From NCBI GenBank assembly GCA_965200875.1, contig CBDAVH010000001.1, positions 1 to 43,099 on the forward strand: a stretch of 43,099 nucleotides of DNA, written 5' to 3'. Of the stretch, positions 8,601 through 17,305 are shown in pieces. The translations under genes were made by a program, and so were the position numbers. Source of the stretch: Bdellovibrionales bacterium (GTDB taxonomy: Bacteria; Bdellovibrionota; Bdellovibrionia; Bdellovibrionales; UBA1609). Numbering within the stretch: position 1 is the stretch's first letter; each line of letters starts with the position of its first letter. The notes beneath the pieces were generated by a model. The model saw nothing but the letters and a program-made list of their open reading frames with translations. It did no database searches and was not told the origin of the DNA.

Positions 8601-9315
8601 CAGGGGTGACAGTGATATTCGCACCAGCCTTGATAACCTCCCGCACAGAGGGGTAAATATTGGTCTGATTGGGGGTAAATTCCTCAAGGTCCAGAAAGGC
8701 CAAAAATCCAGCCTTCCCCAGAGTGGCATTCCTCTTTGAGGAGCTGGTGGCCGGGTCAAAAGTCCCGTCCGTAAATTCAAACTTTACATCCTTCCACCCC
8801 CCCGCAGAGGGCAAAGCAGGACTAATGGTTGAATAAATAACATCCGTGGTTCCCAGCTTGGCATTCCTGGCCAACCAATTTACAGAATACTCTACAGCCC
8901 CAATCCAGATGTTCTTTACCCGCTTACTCTGAGCCGACCGATAAGCTACCCGGGTATCACTCAAAAGCATAATATCATTAGAGGGGGCCGGCAAAGCACT
9001 CCCCGTGCCAGTCTGCCCCGTAACACTCCTGTTCCATGCCACTGTACCCCACCCCGAAGGGGCTGAAGCCGTGGTAAAAGCTATCAAATTGCTGGTTTCC
9101 TGCTCCACCAGGAAGGTCATATTTTGATGCGTGGAAGCCGCCTGCGGGCTGAAAACATTCCCTATGGCCAACTCATTCGGATAAGCCTCCTGCACCTCCT
9201 CCGCCAAAATAGCCTGAGAAAAGACCTCATCCTGCGGAACCTCAGCACGGGAGCAAAGAGGAACAATTATGGGCAGAATAAAAGGAAGCCACCAGGGCCA
9301 AAAAAGATTTTTCAT
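5635..9315 (-). CDS. Large tail fibre / receptor-binding protein with signal peptide
   Basis: ORF 5635..9384, likely start MKNLFW at 9315. S/T/G-rich beta modules, FDKNL..DDNVQKALEKID motif, C-terminal WSGTEAQRTALSTRLPNCPYF motif typical of phage fibre ends. Confidence 0.75.
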   Translation of the reverse strand: MKNLFWPWWLPFILPIIVPLCSRAEVPQDEVFSQAILAEEVQEAYPNELAIGNVFSPQAASTHQNMTFLVEQETSNLIAFTTASAPSGWGTVAWNRSVTGQTGTGSALPAPSNDIMLLSDTRVAYRSAQSKRVKNIWIGAVEYSVNWLARNAKLGTTDVIYSTISPALPSAGGWKDVKFEFTDGTFDPATSSSKRNATLGKAGFLAFLDLEEFTPNQTNIYPSVREVIKAGANITVTPDEAGKTLTIATDVSSEDTRFISLDTTPTNLSSYAHGQVLRINTPAPGRWVEVGGADSGERHLFRMAGVADPKNANNWGFSSTGDVYGSLSTWDGGQPLAGSDLPITRLEFRDNGSADADATLLIKKSAVSYADAPANLYARFYQAGVNPVIVNSVQFARQADNAQHDYVTYLVPSSETGDSEGVWTSRQYVTGVGFFTAVPTQGDETTNAFNFHALKSVTEIDAPVTSLAASGVTVSTSTFDKNLNTRDDNVQKALEKIDDIATKTNDDQEILNQFTLNKVIENPSFQRSLSITGERTYYYIGVALIGKYLYRDFSSISSNQGSRINLETGAEEITPNLNISSYRYIVSWASNPDNDLLIMPITRQNNPRGSYNITFGYSDNANAASSSIPSIKNPIPNFSYQITSTSHPNNAFYRISGMYVTEDRIYLVVGNSTGNFNTLGDLKIVVWSYTKTPFQVTRLSNEDISLIPLRNTLSPCEGREINSDYVLYVNSTHVYVGSVCSSNKLYAFNKDTKARASASLDITLTGFPVGLQLRNSFSTFNRSIVVNVGGHRNTYESGFFSLWSTGRTATYGFPFIGSPLPGQPIVKSIDLDSKVRYGFDDADIDPAKDFKIAAEEETPGSKQNKNLAFVASGSTFTIPTPFPGVLRLTYNNLSTDADTYQRYTAFVDLEGGQPSHIPALLQIGSVNYSFSYLETESGQAVYKTPKVKTSERVTSASTVNSVNIQFEDGSWAGQSGASKALRTLDKSALQGLANAVTAVHSPPPSPTEGQRIEMLNNDTILDGAVITAAEASNTLYTGWEDGSVLTDHTELGSLESGKKDLTKWAGLVSFSNARAAGNEANKTMWVFPSGQKPTQIWINGASYTCGATVNANFCQVGSLDGSFIKPGRRYLVNALVGAVKLYPDVTLNQGSKYIWDDVRWIEDFNRESVDARIKALVPQGNRTDATKTGNYFQIDCGADGNAWSGTEAQRTALSTRLPNCPYFTHQ

Positions 9316-9410
9316 AGACACAGCGTACCATAAAATTTTATTGATTTTCAATCTTTTTTTAGGGTATTTTTGATCTACTATCATAATGGCTTTTTTAAGG
9401 AGGTATTTTA

Positions 9411-9612
9411 ATGGAAAAAAGAAAAACTTTTAGGGGATTATGTATCATTTTCCAAAATAAAAGAGATTGCTTATAAAACCAATAAGGAATCTGAAACTGT
9501 AGCACATTCAACTAAGGAAGATTTAATAACATCACAGGAAGATTTAATAGGGCAACACCAAAACAGAATCAATGAAAAAAAGGCTCTCATTGATTATCTC
9601 AAAAAACTTTAA
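9411..9612 (+). pseudogene. Small protein interrupted by a +1 base in an A run
   Basis: AAGGAGGT RBS plus ATG 9411 stops after 21 codons. Removing one A from 9415-9420 gives a 66-aa MEKEKLLGDYVSFSKIKEI...IDYLKKL. Confidence 0.6.
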
Positions 9613-9629
9613 ACTTTAGGAGGAAAACC

Positions 9630-9980
9630 ATGGATGTAGATTTAAAAATGGGAGAAATACTTATGAGAATTGAGAACCTGGAAAGAAAGGTTAATGAGAT
9701 TTTAAATATCAGGGAAAATCAACTATTTAAGAGAATTGAGAACCTGGAAAGCAAGGTTAATGAGAGTTTTCATAGCAGGAAAATTCAACACATGTTGAAC
9801 AGAAGGAACCTTATAAAAGAGAGAGCTGTAAATATGAGAAACAATAAAGATAGCAAGTCAGAGGTTGATTCAGAGGTTGATGCAGAATTAAAAGAGAAGG
9901 CCGATTCAGAGGTTGATGCAGAATTTAAAGAGTTTAAAAAGGCCGATTTAGAGGTCAGAAAAGCATTAGACTACCTATAA
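9630..9980 (+). CDS. Coiled-coil protein with internal repeats
   Basis: AGGAGG RBS; RIENLExKVNE x2 and DSEVDAE x2 repeats visible at the DNA level. Confidence 0.8.
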   Translation: MDVDLKMGEILMRIENLERKVNEILNIRENQLFKRIENLESKVNESFHSRKIQHMLNRRNLIKERAVNMRNNKDSKSEVDSEVDAELKEKADSEVDAEFKEFKKADLEVRKALDYL

Positions 9981-10006
9981 AATCAGGATAGAAAGGAGAA
10001 ATAATA

Positions 10007-10216
10007 ATGGCACTGGAACCTAAAAAAACTTTGGGGGATGTTTTAAGCTATCATGAAATGTCTTACTTAACCAAACTGAAAGAATGCACTCTGTTTCCAG
10101 AAGATGAAAAGAAAGATGAAATCTTAAAAAATTTAACCAGTATAATTGATTTTGAATTAAATCCAAAAATAAGTTATCTAACAGAGATAAAAGAAAAAAT
10201 AAAGAAATCCATGTGA
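10007..10216 (+). CDS. Hypothetical protein
   Basis: 69 aa, AAGGAG RBS. Confidence 0.75.
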   Translation: MALEPKKTLGDVLSYHEMSYLTKLKECTLFPEDEKKDEILKNLTSIIDFELNPKISYLTEIKEKIKKSM

Positions 10217-10223
10217 ATAGAAA

Positions 10224-10634
10224 ATGATAAATCAAAAGAAACCTCTTTGTAAGAAGTGCAAAAAACCTTTTATAAAAAGTGTGTGGAACAAGATTTATTG
10301 CTCCCGTGCATGTTTGCTTTCTGCCTTCCCCCATGCAAAATACAATAATAAAGACTATATTCCTTTTTTAAAAAAAAGAATAAGAATGGATTGTGTTTTT
10401 TGTGGGAAGGAATTTTCCCCCCGGTGGTACAATGAAACAACATGTTCCAAAGAATGCAAAAGAGGTCGGAAACTTTACACGAGCAGGGAGTATGCCAGGC
10501 GGTTATCTAAAGATAAGAAAAACACATATCAAAGGGAATATAGAAAGATTTATAAGAGGGAGGATATTATTACTGGCAAAAAACCTTCCAAACCTCCTTT
10601 TCATTGGAAGGACAGTAAGTATTTACCCAAGTGA
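10224..10634 (+). CDS. Tandem Zn-finger protein
   Basis: Two CxxCxKxF-x(8)-CSxxC units; basic. Confidence 0.75.
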   Translation: MINQKKPLCKKCKKPFIKSVWNKIYCSRACLLSAFPHAKYNNKDYIPFLKKRIRMDCVFCGKEFSPRWYNETTCSKECKRGRKLYTSREYARRLSKDKKNTYQREYRKIYKREDIITGKKPSKPPFHWKDSKYLPK

Positions 10635-10832
10635 TTTTATAATGGCTCTTCCTTCCGCTTTTGCCTTTTGAATTGCCAATCCCAATCGTCTTTCAATCAT
10701 ATAATTTAGATCATTAAATAATTGCTCTGATGACTTTAATCCATACTCTTTCACTACCCTTTTCAGGGCTTTTTTTATAAGAATACTCTCTGAGAGCTTT
10801 ATATCATCTAATGAGATATTTTCTTTTTTCAT
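10623..10832 (-). CDS. Hypothetical protein (possible ribbon-helix-helix-like)
   Basis: 69 aa, AGGAGG RBS, TAATG coupling. Confidence 0.65.
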   Translation of the reverse strand: MKKENISLDDIKLSESILIKKALKRVVKEYGLKSSEQLFNDLNYMIERRLGLAIQKAKAEGRAIIKSLG

Positions 10833-11212
10833 TACTCCTCCTTTAAAGGTTTTTTAAATTCTTGTTTTAGCTCATTCTTGGGAACGGCCCACATAATGGC
10901 ATCTTCAATAATAGATCTAAAATTTACAACATGAGATGCCTTCATAATTTCAAATCCAATTTTATGAGATATCATTTTTTTTCTCTCTAAAATAAGCTTA
11001 CAAATATTACTTCTATAACAAGCATGATAACTAATCATATCAACATAATCCCATTCTGTAGGTTTGTTTGGATGACAACTATGCATCCTTACTTCCTTTA
11101 AAGATACTTTTATCAAATGGTCATCCCCATTCATTATATCATCTATAGAAACCTCTATCCTCTTAATTAAGGAAAGATTAAAAATTCTATTCTCATGCAA
11201 AAGATACTTCAT
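10832..11212 (-). CDS. Hypothetical protein
   Basis: 126 aa, ATGA coupling. Confidence 0.7.
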   Translation of the reverse strand: MKYLLHENRIFNLSLIKRIEVSIDDIMNGDDHLIKVSLKEVRMHSCHPNKPTEWDYVDMISYHACYRSNICKLILERKKMISHKIGFEIMKASHVVNFRSIIEDAIMWAVPKNELKQEFKKPLKEE

Positions 11213-11478
11213 AGGTCTTCCACTTTCTTTATAGCTCTTTTTACATCATATAATTTTACTGCAAAATAACTGGATTCTCTAAAGAACTCTCTTTTAATTT
11301 GCTCTATACGCTGGTTTAAAAGAGAAAGTACTTTTTCTTTTGTCATCTCTGGGTCAAGTTTTTCTAAATATATCTCTCCTTCGTAAGCATGAACCAGATC
11401 TTTAAATTCCTCTACAGTTAATAAACTGCCAATAGGTTTCTTTTCTACTTCTTTGCTCATTTCTACTCCTTTGCTCAT
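11209..11478 (-). CDS. Hypothetical protein
   Basis: 89 aa; 18-bp duplication at the start (MSKGVE MSKEVE). Confidence 0.7.
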   Translation of the reverse strand: MSKGVEMSKEVEKKPIGSLLTVEEFKDLVHAYEGEIYLEKLDPEMTKEKVLSLLNQRIEQIKREFFRESSYFAVKLYDVKRAIKKVEDL

Positions 11479-11756
11479 TGCAATAACTCCAACTTGGCCT
11501 TTTTCTTTTCCTTTTGCTTCGCTTTAATATCATTATGATACTCAATAGCCGTGTCAAGGATTTCCTTAATACCCTTCTTATCCTTTATTAAACTTTCAAC
11601 AAGACCAGTAAAAGCCTCATCATAAGTCTTCCCATGAGTTTGCATCATAAAAAAACACAAAGAAGCCATGGATTCCCCAAGCTTCATGGAAGCATCCCTT
11701 ATGACAAGTTGCTGATCCATAGTAAGCTCTTTTTTTTTTCCACCTATTATAATCAT
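11475..11756 (-). CDS. Hypothetical protein
   Basis: 93 aa, coupled to the next gene. Confidence 0.7.
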   Translation of the reverse strand: MIIIGGKKKELTMDQQLVIRDASMKLGESMASLCFFMMQTHGKTYDEAFTGLVESLIKDKKGIKEILDTAIEYHNDIKAKQKEKKKAKLELLQ

Positions 11757-11771
11757 TTTACTCTTCCCAAT

Positions 11772-13178
11772 CTATTCATAATCTTTTAACACCAAAGGTA
11801 CCGATCTATTTTGAGAAAGGCAAAGGGTTTGTACAAATAATGCATAAGACACAGAATTTATGAGAACACTGCCGGCAGACTTCCACAGATCACTTTCCCG
11901 GCCATTCAAAAGGAAAAGAAGGTTCGTGTAATCCGAACTCTTTACCCCCACAAAAGGGGCATAATACCCCGTCACACCAGGTGTCTGAAAAACCACCCTG
12001 GCTCCGGCCAAAAGCAAAGAAGATACAGTCTTCTCAGTCCTCCCGGAAGGATCAGCTGCCGCCGTCTGTACCAAAGGCTGTAAAGTCGTCAAATCCCTCG
12101 TCTGTGTGGCTATACGGGAGGTCAAGCCATAAAAAAAAGTATGCTGAGGTATGGTGGCGCCACCACCTCCCCCACTCCCCGCAGGACCTTGCGGCCCCAC
12201 AGGCCCAGTATCCCCTTTATCACCCTTCGGTCCCGCAGGACCAGCAGGCCCCTCAGAACCCCGGGGACCAGGCTCACCATCCGCCCCCTGTGGCCCCACA
12301 GGCCCACTCGCACCATCCACACGGGTTACATATATCCCCGTCCTTACATCACTACTAAATGCAGGAATACTGAAAGTCATACTGTCACTCGGACTGTTTC
12401 CCTGAAACCTCACCCTTAAATCCAAATAATCATTCGCCTTGCAATCAATCAATCCAAGAGACACAGGAATTGCATAATCATTTGCCGATTGATAAGTCTG
12501 AATCATGGAAGGCCGCTCACTAATCACATCATCAATCAATGTGTCAGGAGTACCAGGCCGCAAATGCCTTATCTCAAAACCAATCTCCTTCGTCTGAGAA
12601 CCTGACCTCCCCTCAATATGAATCTCTACCTCAGCCCTGATGAAATAAATCCCATCCCTCAAAATCTTTACACCCTTGCCACTCTGAACCTCCGCCACAG
12701 TATCATCGCTCCCATGATCAGGAAAAGTCCCCACTGTAAAAGCATTGATCGTGTGACTTTGACGGGTGTTACCAGTTAAAGTCACATTGGAAGTCGTGGC
12801 ATTGATCCTGAAAACCGCCTCACTGATGGATACAGGAACACTGGGACCTCCCACACGGCCAACAAAAGTCAGTTGAATCTCATTTCCATTCCCATCCTTG
12901 CAAAACAGCTCCGTATTTTTAAAATACAGGCTGTTTAAACCCACTGGAGTAGTTTGTTGGGCTATAAACTGCAAACTCTTTAAGCCCAACAGAGACCTGT
13001 TTCTGAGTGAATAATCAGCATTTGGGAAAACAGAGGACAAGGGGACTGTAGCTCCCCGCAAAAGACTGTGATTATGAGCATCAATCTTCTGTAAATTGGA
13101 ATTAAATATCCGTATCAGGTCTGCCAAAGTGGCAGTACCAGCCAAAATTTCCTCTAAATTAAGATTAGGTGTCGCCAT
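11772..13178 (-). CDS. Collagen-like tail fibre protein
   Basis: N-terminal TPNLNL...KIDAHNH attachment-type motif, jelly-roll-like middle ([10 protein letters not shown]), about 15 Gly-X-Y triplets. Confidence 0.8.
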   Translation of the reverse strand: MATPNLNLEEILAGTATLADLIRIFNSNLQKIDAHNHSLLRGATVPLSSVFPNADYSLRNRSLLGLKSLQFIAQQTTPVGLNSLYFKNTELFCKDGNGNEIQLTFVGRVGGPSVPVSISEAVFRINATTSNVTLTGNTRQSHTINAFTVGTFPDHGSDDTVAEVQSGKGVKILRDGIYFIRAEVEIHIEGRSGSQTKEIGFEIRHLRPGTPDTLIDDVISERPSMIQTYQSANDYAIPVSLGLIDCKANDYLDLRVRFQGNSPSDSMTFSIPAFSSDVRTGIYVTRVDGASGPVGPQGADGEPGPRGSEGPAGPAGPKGDKGDTGPVGPQGPAGSGGGGGATIPQHTFFYGLTSRIATQTRDLTTLQPLVQTAAADPSGRTEKTVSSLLLAGARVVFQTPGVTGYYAPFVGVKSSDYTNLLFLLNGRESDLWKSAGSVLINSVSYALFVQTLCLSQNRSVPLVLKDYE

Positions 13179-13228
13179 ACATCAATACTCTCACTTATTC
13201 CCCATTTTTGCAAATCCCCTCATTCCAC

Positions 13229-13624
13229 TTAATTTCCCTTGTATCCAGGTAATTCTTCTGTTTCTTCAACAGCAACCGATACAGTCTTTTTTAACTCCTC
13301 TTTCCTTCTCTCTTCCTTAAATTTACAAAAATCTTCATTAAACTGTTCATTCATGGCTCCATCTGTAAAAAGCCACCTGGGCAGCTCTAAAAACATTTCA
13401 ATTTTTGAATGCACTTTCAATTTTTTAAATATTTTGGTCAAGTGAAATTTAATTGTCTTCTCTCTTAACCCCAACAAAGAAGCAATATACTGATTTTTGG
13501 TCCCCATACATGCATAAGCAGCAATCTCCGCCTCTCTTTTTGTTATACCCTTTAAGTTAAAATACCAACTCTGAATCTTATCTCTGTGTTCTGGATTACA
13601 CACAAAATCCTTAAGCAATACCAT
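13229..13624 (-). CDS. LuxR/GerE-family HTH regulator
   Basis: ITKREAEIAAYACMGTKNQYIASLLGLREKTIKFHLTKIFKKLKV matches the LuxR HTH pattern; GGAGG RBS. Confidence 0.9.
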   Translation of the reverse strand: MVLLKDFVCNPEHRDKIQSWYFNLKGITKREAEIAAYACMGTKNQYIASLLGLREKTIKFHLTKIFKKLKVHSKIEMFLELPRWLFTDGAMNEQFNEDFCKFKEERRKEELKKTVSVAVEETEELPGYKGN

Positions 13625-13644
13625 AAAACACCTCCAACAAATAA

Positions 13645-14292
13645 TTAACCCACATACTTTGATGACATCAATAAATGGAAATTTGGTCTCTTAATTTTCA
13701 TCTCTAAATTACAATCCAGTGTCCGGTAGTCGTATATGAAAAAATGAGGACCTGATTTCTTATCCCAAAAAGAGCTAATATCCTCTCTTTTTGAGTAATC
13801 ATAAAAATCCCTTGGAAATTGTAATTTTTTAGAGATACCTGAATTCGTACAAAAAGTGATGATTGTTCCTGTAAAATTCCTTGCATATCTTTCCTTGTCA
13901 ATTTTGTCAGTATCCACATAAAAAACAAACTGCAAATGCTCCTGTATAATTATCGGGGACTTCTGTGCAATTTTTTCAAAAGTTAAAAACTGCCTCTGAG
14001 TGGATGAATGTTTTTTTACCCCGGGACCAGGATCAAAATAACTTAGAGAAGGGGGTTTTTCAGGAGCTGTCTTTACATCCACAAAATAAGGCTTGTCCCT
14101 GAAAGGAACCACAATATAATCAAAAGGCTGGGCCTTACGGAAAGCCTGCCCCTTAAAATTGTTCCCCTTGCTGGGACGGAATATCGTAGCCCCATCCTCT
14201 ATCCGAAGACAAAGAACATTATGAAAACGGCAAAAGCCCTCAAACATAGCCTGAGAACTTTTGCCTAAATTTTTACTCTTTATGCCACTCAT
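13645..14292 (-). CDS. RecU-like Holliday junction resolvase (PD-(D/E)xK)
   Basis: GKSSQAMFE...QPFDYIVV...FVDVKT nuclease core. Confidence 0.7.
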   Translation of the reverse strand: MSGIKSKNLGKSSQAMFEGFCRFHNVLCLRIEDGATIFRPSKGNNFKGQAFRKAQPFDYIVVPFRDKPYFVDVKTAPEKPPSLSYFDPGPGVKKHSSTQRQFLTFEKIAQKSPIIIQEHLQFVFYVDTDKIDKERYARNFTGTIITFCTNSGISKKLQFPRDFYDYSKREDISSFWDKKSGPHFFIYDYRTLDCNLEMKIKRPNFHLLMSSKYVG

Positions 14293-14886
14293 TTATTTTT
14301 TTCTGGCTTTTTTAGCCTTTGTTTTTTTCTTTACAGGTTTCTTACTTTTTGAAACCACTTTCTTTTTGGATTTCTTGTTAGCCATTTCTTCCTCCTCTCT
14401 TCTAAAATGTTTTAAACTATGAGATTCAAGACGGATAACAAAATCATCCATATCCCTACATCTCTCTTTTAATGCTCTTACCCTCTGTAAGCATCTGGGA
14501 AAAACAATCTCTATATCCCCTGTAGCTTTGTCTGTTTTAAAGAGATTATCAGCAATCCAATCCATGGTATTCAAATTACTGACATTTGATATGCAAAGAT
14601 TTTTATCGCACAGAGCGTAAAACAGCTCACCTTTTATGTTCCCCAGGGAGTTTATTACCTGACGAACATTCTGGAAAAACTCATCATAATCGCCAAAATC
14701 CCTGTGAATGTGACTGAGATGATTTATGTAATGTGAAAACTGAGCGATGTATTTTTTCCTAAGCTGAGTTAGCTTAAAATCAAAATCAATAAGCATCTTC
14801 CTTAAAGCATTGTAATTTGTGTCACTCATGAGAGGAGCTTTAATTACCTCTCTTATAACTTTTGATTCAATCTTGTTCTCATTCAT
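14293..14886 (-). CDS. Hypothetical protein with Lys-rich C-terminal peptide
   Basis: 197 aa, AAGGAGG RBS; internal in-frame RBS+ATG at 14385. Confidence 0.8.
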   Translation of the reverse strand: MNENKIESKVIREVIKAPLMSDTNYNALRKMLIDFDFKLTQLRKKYIAQFSHYINHLSHIHRDFGDYDEFFQNVRQVINSLGNIKGELFYALCDKNLCISNVSNLNTMDWIADNLFKTDKATGDIEIVFPRCLQRVRALKERCRDMDDFVIRLESHSLKHFRREEEEMANKKSKKKVVSKSKKPVKKKTKAKKARKK

Positions 14887-14973
14887 AATGAAACCTCCTT
14901 GTTTTATGATAATAATAATTAAAGAAGCTCAAAGAAAAAGAGAGAAGTCAAAAAGAAATTAAGACACAATGCG

Positions 14974-15249
14974 TTAAGAAAGTACCCTCACCCAGTACCC
15001 ATTCCGGCGGTGAAAAATATCCCTCTTCGCAATCCTCATATTCCCAATAACCCGATCCCTGGAAAAAATAATATAATCACCATCCACACCAGAAGACGGA
15101 AAATCATCCACCACAGAAAAAGAAGGACGAGCCAAATCAGCAATCCTCGCATCCAATTCCCTCATTGCTGATGATATATTCCCCTGAATACGATTAACCA
15201 CATCCGCATCCAATTCCCCACCAGAAACATTTATCCGCTCAAAAGCCAC
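14974..15249 (-). CDS. Small virion/tail protein
   Basis: 91 aa, GGAGG RBS with GTG start, directly after the adaptor gene; same codon style as the capsid gene. Confidence 0.7.
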   Translation of the reverse strand: MAFERINVSGGELDADVVNRIQGNISSAMRELDARIADLARPSFSVVDDFPSSGVDGDYIIFSRDRVIGNMRIAKRDIFHRRNGYWVRVLS

Positions 15250-15900
15250 CTAAAAATAACCCTCCACCTCTTGAACCACCTGAGTACTGCTGTCCCTACT
15301 ACTAGCCCATTCCATAACACTACGCATATACCCCTGAGCCATACTCCCAATCTCAGGAACAGGATTTTGCTGAATAACACCCAACAAATAAGCCACCTGG
15401 TAGATTAGATAATTCTCAAAACCCTTCTGTAAATCAGGATTATTCTCAAAATCAGGATCACTCGTGTAAGTCAGCCTAAACTGATTCCCTGATACATTAG
15501 ACTTGGGAAAAATCTTAATATGATCAGAAAATATCAAATACTTCCAGTTAGAATCAGGCCCCCAATACCAATAATCAATCAAAATCCCAGAAGCCAAAGA
15601 AGCTCCATGATAACTCGTCTGCTGAAGATGCCTGTAATAATCACCACGCTTTAATTCTACATTACGCATCCTGTAAAAATCAGAAGGTAAAGGAACCTCA
15701 TTACTCCCAGGGGACACAGGATCACTCAAAACCTGCTTTACATAAGTCCCCTCGTTCAACTCAACAATCTTAAAATAAAGATTGTCATAGACCTCTTTTA
15801 TACGATCCTTTATCTCTTCATCAGTATGAAAATCACCCTTAACATCAGCAACACTCCTGATCCTTCGGGTTAGGTCCTGAATGTTTATCGCAGCCAACAT
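15250..15900 (-). CDS. Head-tail adaptor (tail tubular A-like)
   Basis: Follows the capsid gene; N-terminal helices, LPSDFYRMRNV and IKIFP motifs of podovirus adaptors. Confidence 0.8.
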   Translation of the reverse strand: MLAAINIQDLTRRIRSVADVKGDFHTDEEIKDRIKEVYDNLYFKIVELNEGTYVKQVLSDPVSPGSNEVPLPSDFYRMRNVELKRGDYYRHLQQTSYHGASLASGILIDYWYWGPDSNWKYLIFSDHIKIFPKSNVSGNQFRLTYTSDPDFENNPDLQKGFENYLIYQVAYLLGVIQQNPVPEIGSMAQGYMRSVMEWASSRDSSTQVVQEVEGYF

Positions 15901-15912
15901 AAGACCTCCCAG

Positions 15913-15944
15913 AAAAAGTCCCCCCTCCCCGAAGAGAGGGGAAA
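15913..15944 (-). terminator. Rho-independent terminator after major capsid gene
   Basis: CCCCTCTC-TTCG-GGGAGGGG stem with a UUCG tetraloop, then ACTTTTT. Confidence 0.8.
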
Positions 15945-15956
15945 CCCATTTAATTT

Positions 15957-17231
15957 TTAAGCAAAAGTTGGAATATCAGCCCCAGTAAGCTCAATCTGAG
16001 CCGATAAACCAGGAGCCTGACAACACAAATTCCCATAAGACTCAAGCCTTACCTCACGACCAGGACTGTCATGAGCCTGCTTGTAAATCCCACCAGCAGC
16101 ATCCTGCACAAAAGACACAAAATCCGACTTTAAATGTCCAATATGAAAAGCCTCCTCCGTTAATAAAAGCATCTTGTTCGGAGGCATAAAAGGACTGGAA
16201 ACAAGCTCAATCACACCATTACTTGTCTGAAAACCCAAACGGCCCTGACCAATATAGGTGATCTCTGCCATCCTCTTTCCACCATCAGTAACAAAATTGA
16301 TGTTTTGCTCTTGCTCCGCTGCAATCTTGTTCTCAACAAGAGGAGATACATATACAGCATTCGGACCCCTACCAGAAAGGTTGTCTATGGAAGCCGCAAC
16401 CTCACGGACAGTCTTTGCAAAATTCGTGCCAATAGCCTTTGTAACTTTCTGACCAGCAAGCCTTAAGGGATCAATATTACGATTTAACCCATGCAAACTC
16501 CCCGGGGTAGAGCCACCAGGCAGGTAATCAAAGAAAGAAGTAAGTGCTGTTTCCCCACGATCCCCATTTCTGAATACATAGTCATTTACCACTATAGAAG
16601 CATGCAGAGCAGCAGTTAGCGTGATTTTACCGCCCTTACGATCAACACTTTCAATCGTGTAAGGACCACCAGCACGGGAAGCAGCAGCATTGGATGTTGA
16701 AAACTCCAACTCCATATTCACTTCAAAGTTAGCCATCACAGGGTTATTCAGGGTTATAGTCCTCCTCCCCGAAGCAATACCCCCAGCTTTAATCCGACCA
16801 ATAGCATTCGGCTGACCAGAATCATTCAATAAGGCGGAACATCTTTTATTCCTCAATGCCAAAATCGCATTGTCCGTCTCATCAGCGAATGCACCCACAA
16901 ACGCATGCAATGAGGTCATAGAAGCATAAATCACCTTGTTCTCAATCACACTCACCCCGAAGTCTTTGTCATACGGCACATTAAAAGCAACCCTTGCACC
17001 AGTGCTTTTTCTTCCGATTGAAGAGGCAATACCGAACTTTTTAGATTGAGCCGGTGTCATACCAGCACGGATCGGTACATACATCTCATTACCCCCAAGA
17101 TTGGGTAAGGATTGCATTGTCGTAATCCTTCGCAAAACTTTATCAGCCGTCATCAAACTGTCCTTCAGACCGAAGTCCAAATAAACAGTCTTCATATATT
17201 TTGAGAAATTTGTAAAACTTAGCCCGAACAT
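15957..17231 (-). CDS. Major capsid protein
   Basis: 424 aa after the scaffold gene, strong RBS, downstream terminator, HK97-like motif order (G..MYVPI; C-terminal YGNLCCQAPG). Confidence 0.85.
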   Translation of the reverse strand: MFGLSFTNFSKYMKTVYLDFGLKDSLMTADKVLRRITTMQSLPNLGGNEMYVPIRAGMTPAQSKKFGIASSIGRKSTGARVAFNVPYDKDFGVSVIENKVIYASMTSLHAFVGAFADETDNAILALRNKRCSALLNDSGQPNAIGRIKAGGIASGRRTITLNNPVMANFEVNMELEFSTSNAAASRAGGPYTIESVDRKGGKITLTAALHASIVVNDYVFRNGDRGETALTSFFDYLPGGSTPGSLHGLNRNIDPLRLAGQKVTKAIGTNFAKTVREVAASIDNLSGRGPNAVYVSPLVENKIAAEQEQNINFVTDGGKRMAEITYIGQGRLGFQTSNGVIELVSSPFMPPNKMLLLTEEAFHIGHLKSDFVSFVQDAAGGIYKQAHDSPGREVRLESYGNLCCQAPGLSAQIELTGADIPTFA

Positions 17232-17260
17232 AGAAACCTCCTGGTTATTTAAAATTTGGA

Positions 17261-17305
17261 TTTTTCTATGAAACTTTTAGGAATTTTTTATAAAACTTTT
17301 AGAAA
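17261..17305. repeat. Imperfect 22-23 bp tandem repeat in the capsid leader
   Basis: TTTTTCTATGAAACTTTTAGGAA / TTTTTTATAAAACTTTTAGAAA. Confidence 0.7.

Noticed and set aside
5635..9384. Diversity-generating retroelement target
   Set aside because: No reverse transcriptase and no template/variable repeat pair seen in the window.
11981..12419. Several Pro/His/Arg-rich ORFs overlapping the collagen region
   Set aside because: Shadow frames of the GC-rich Gly-X-Y repeat; no RBS.
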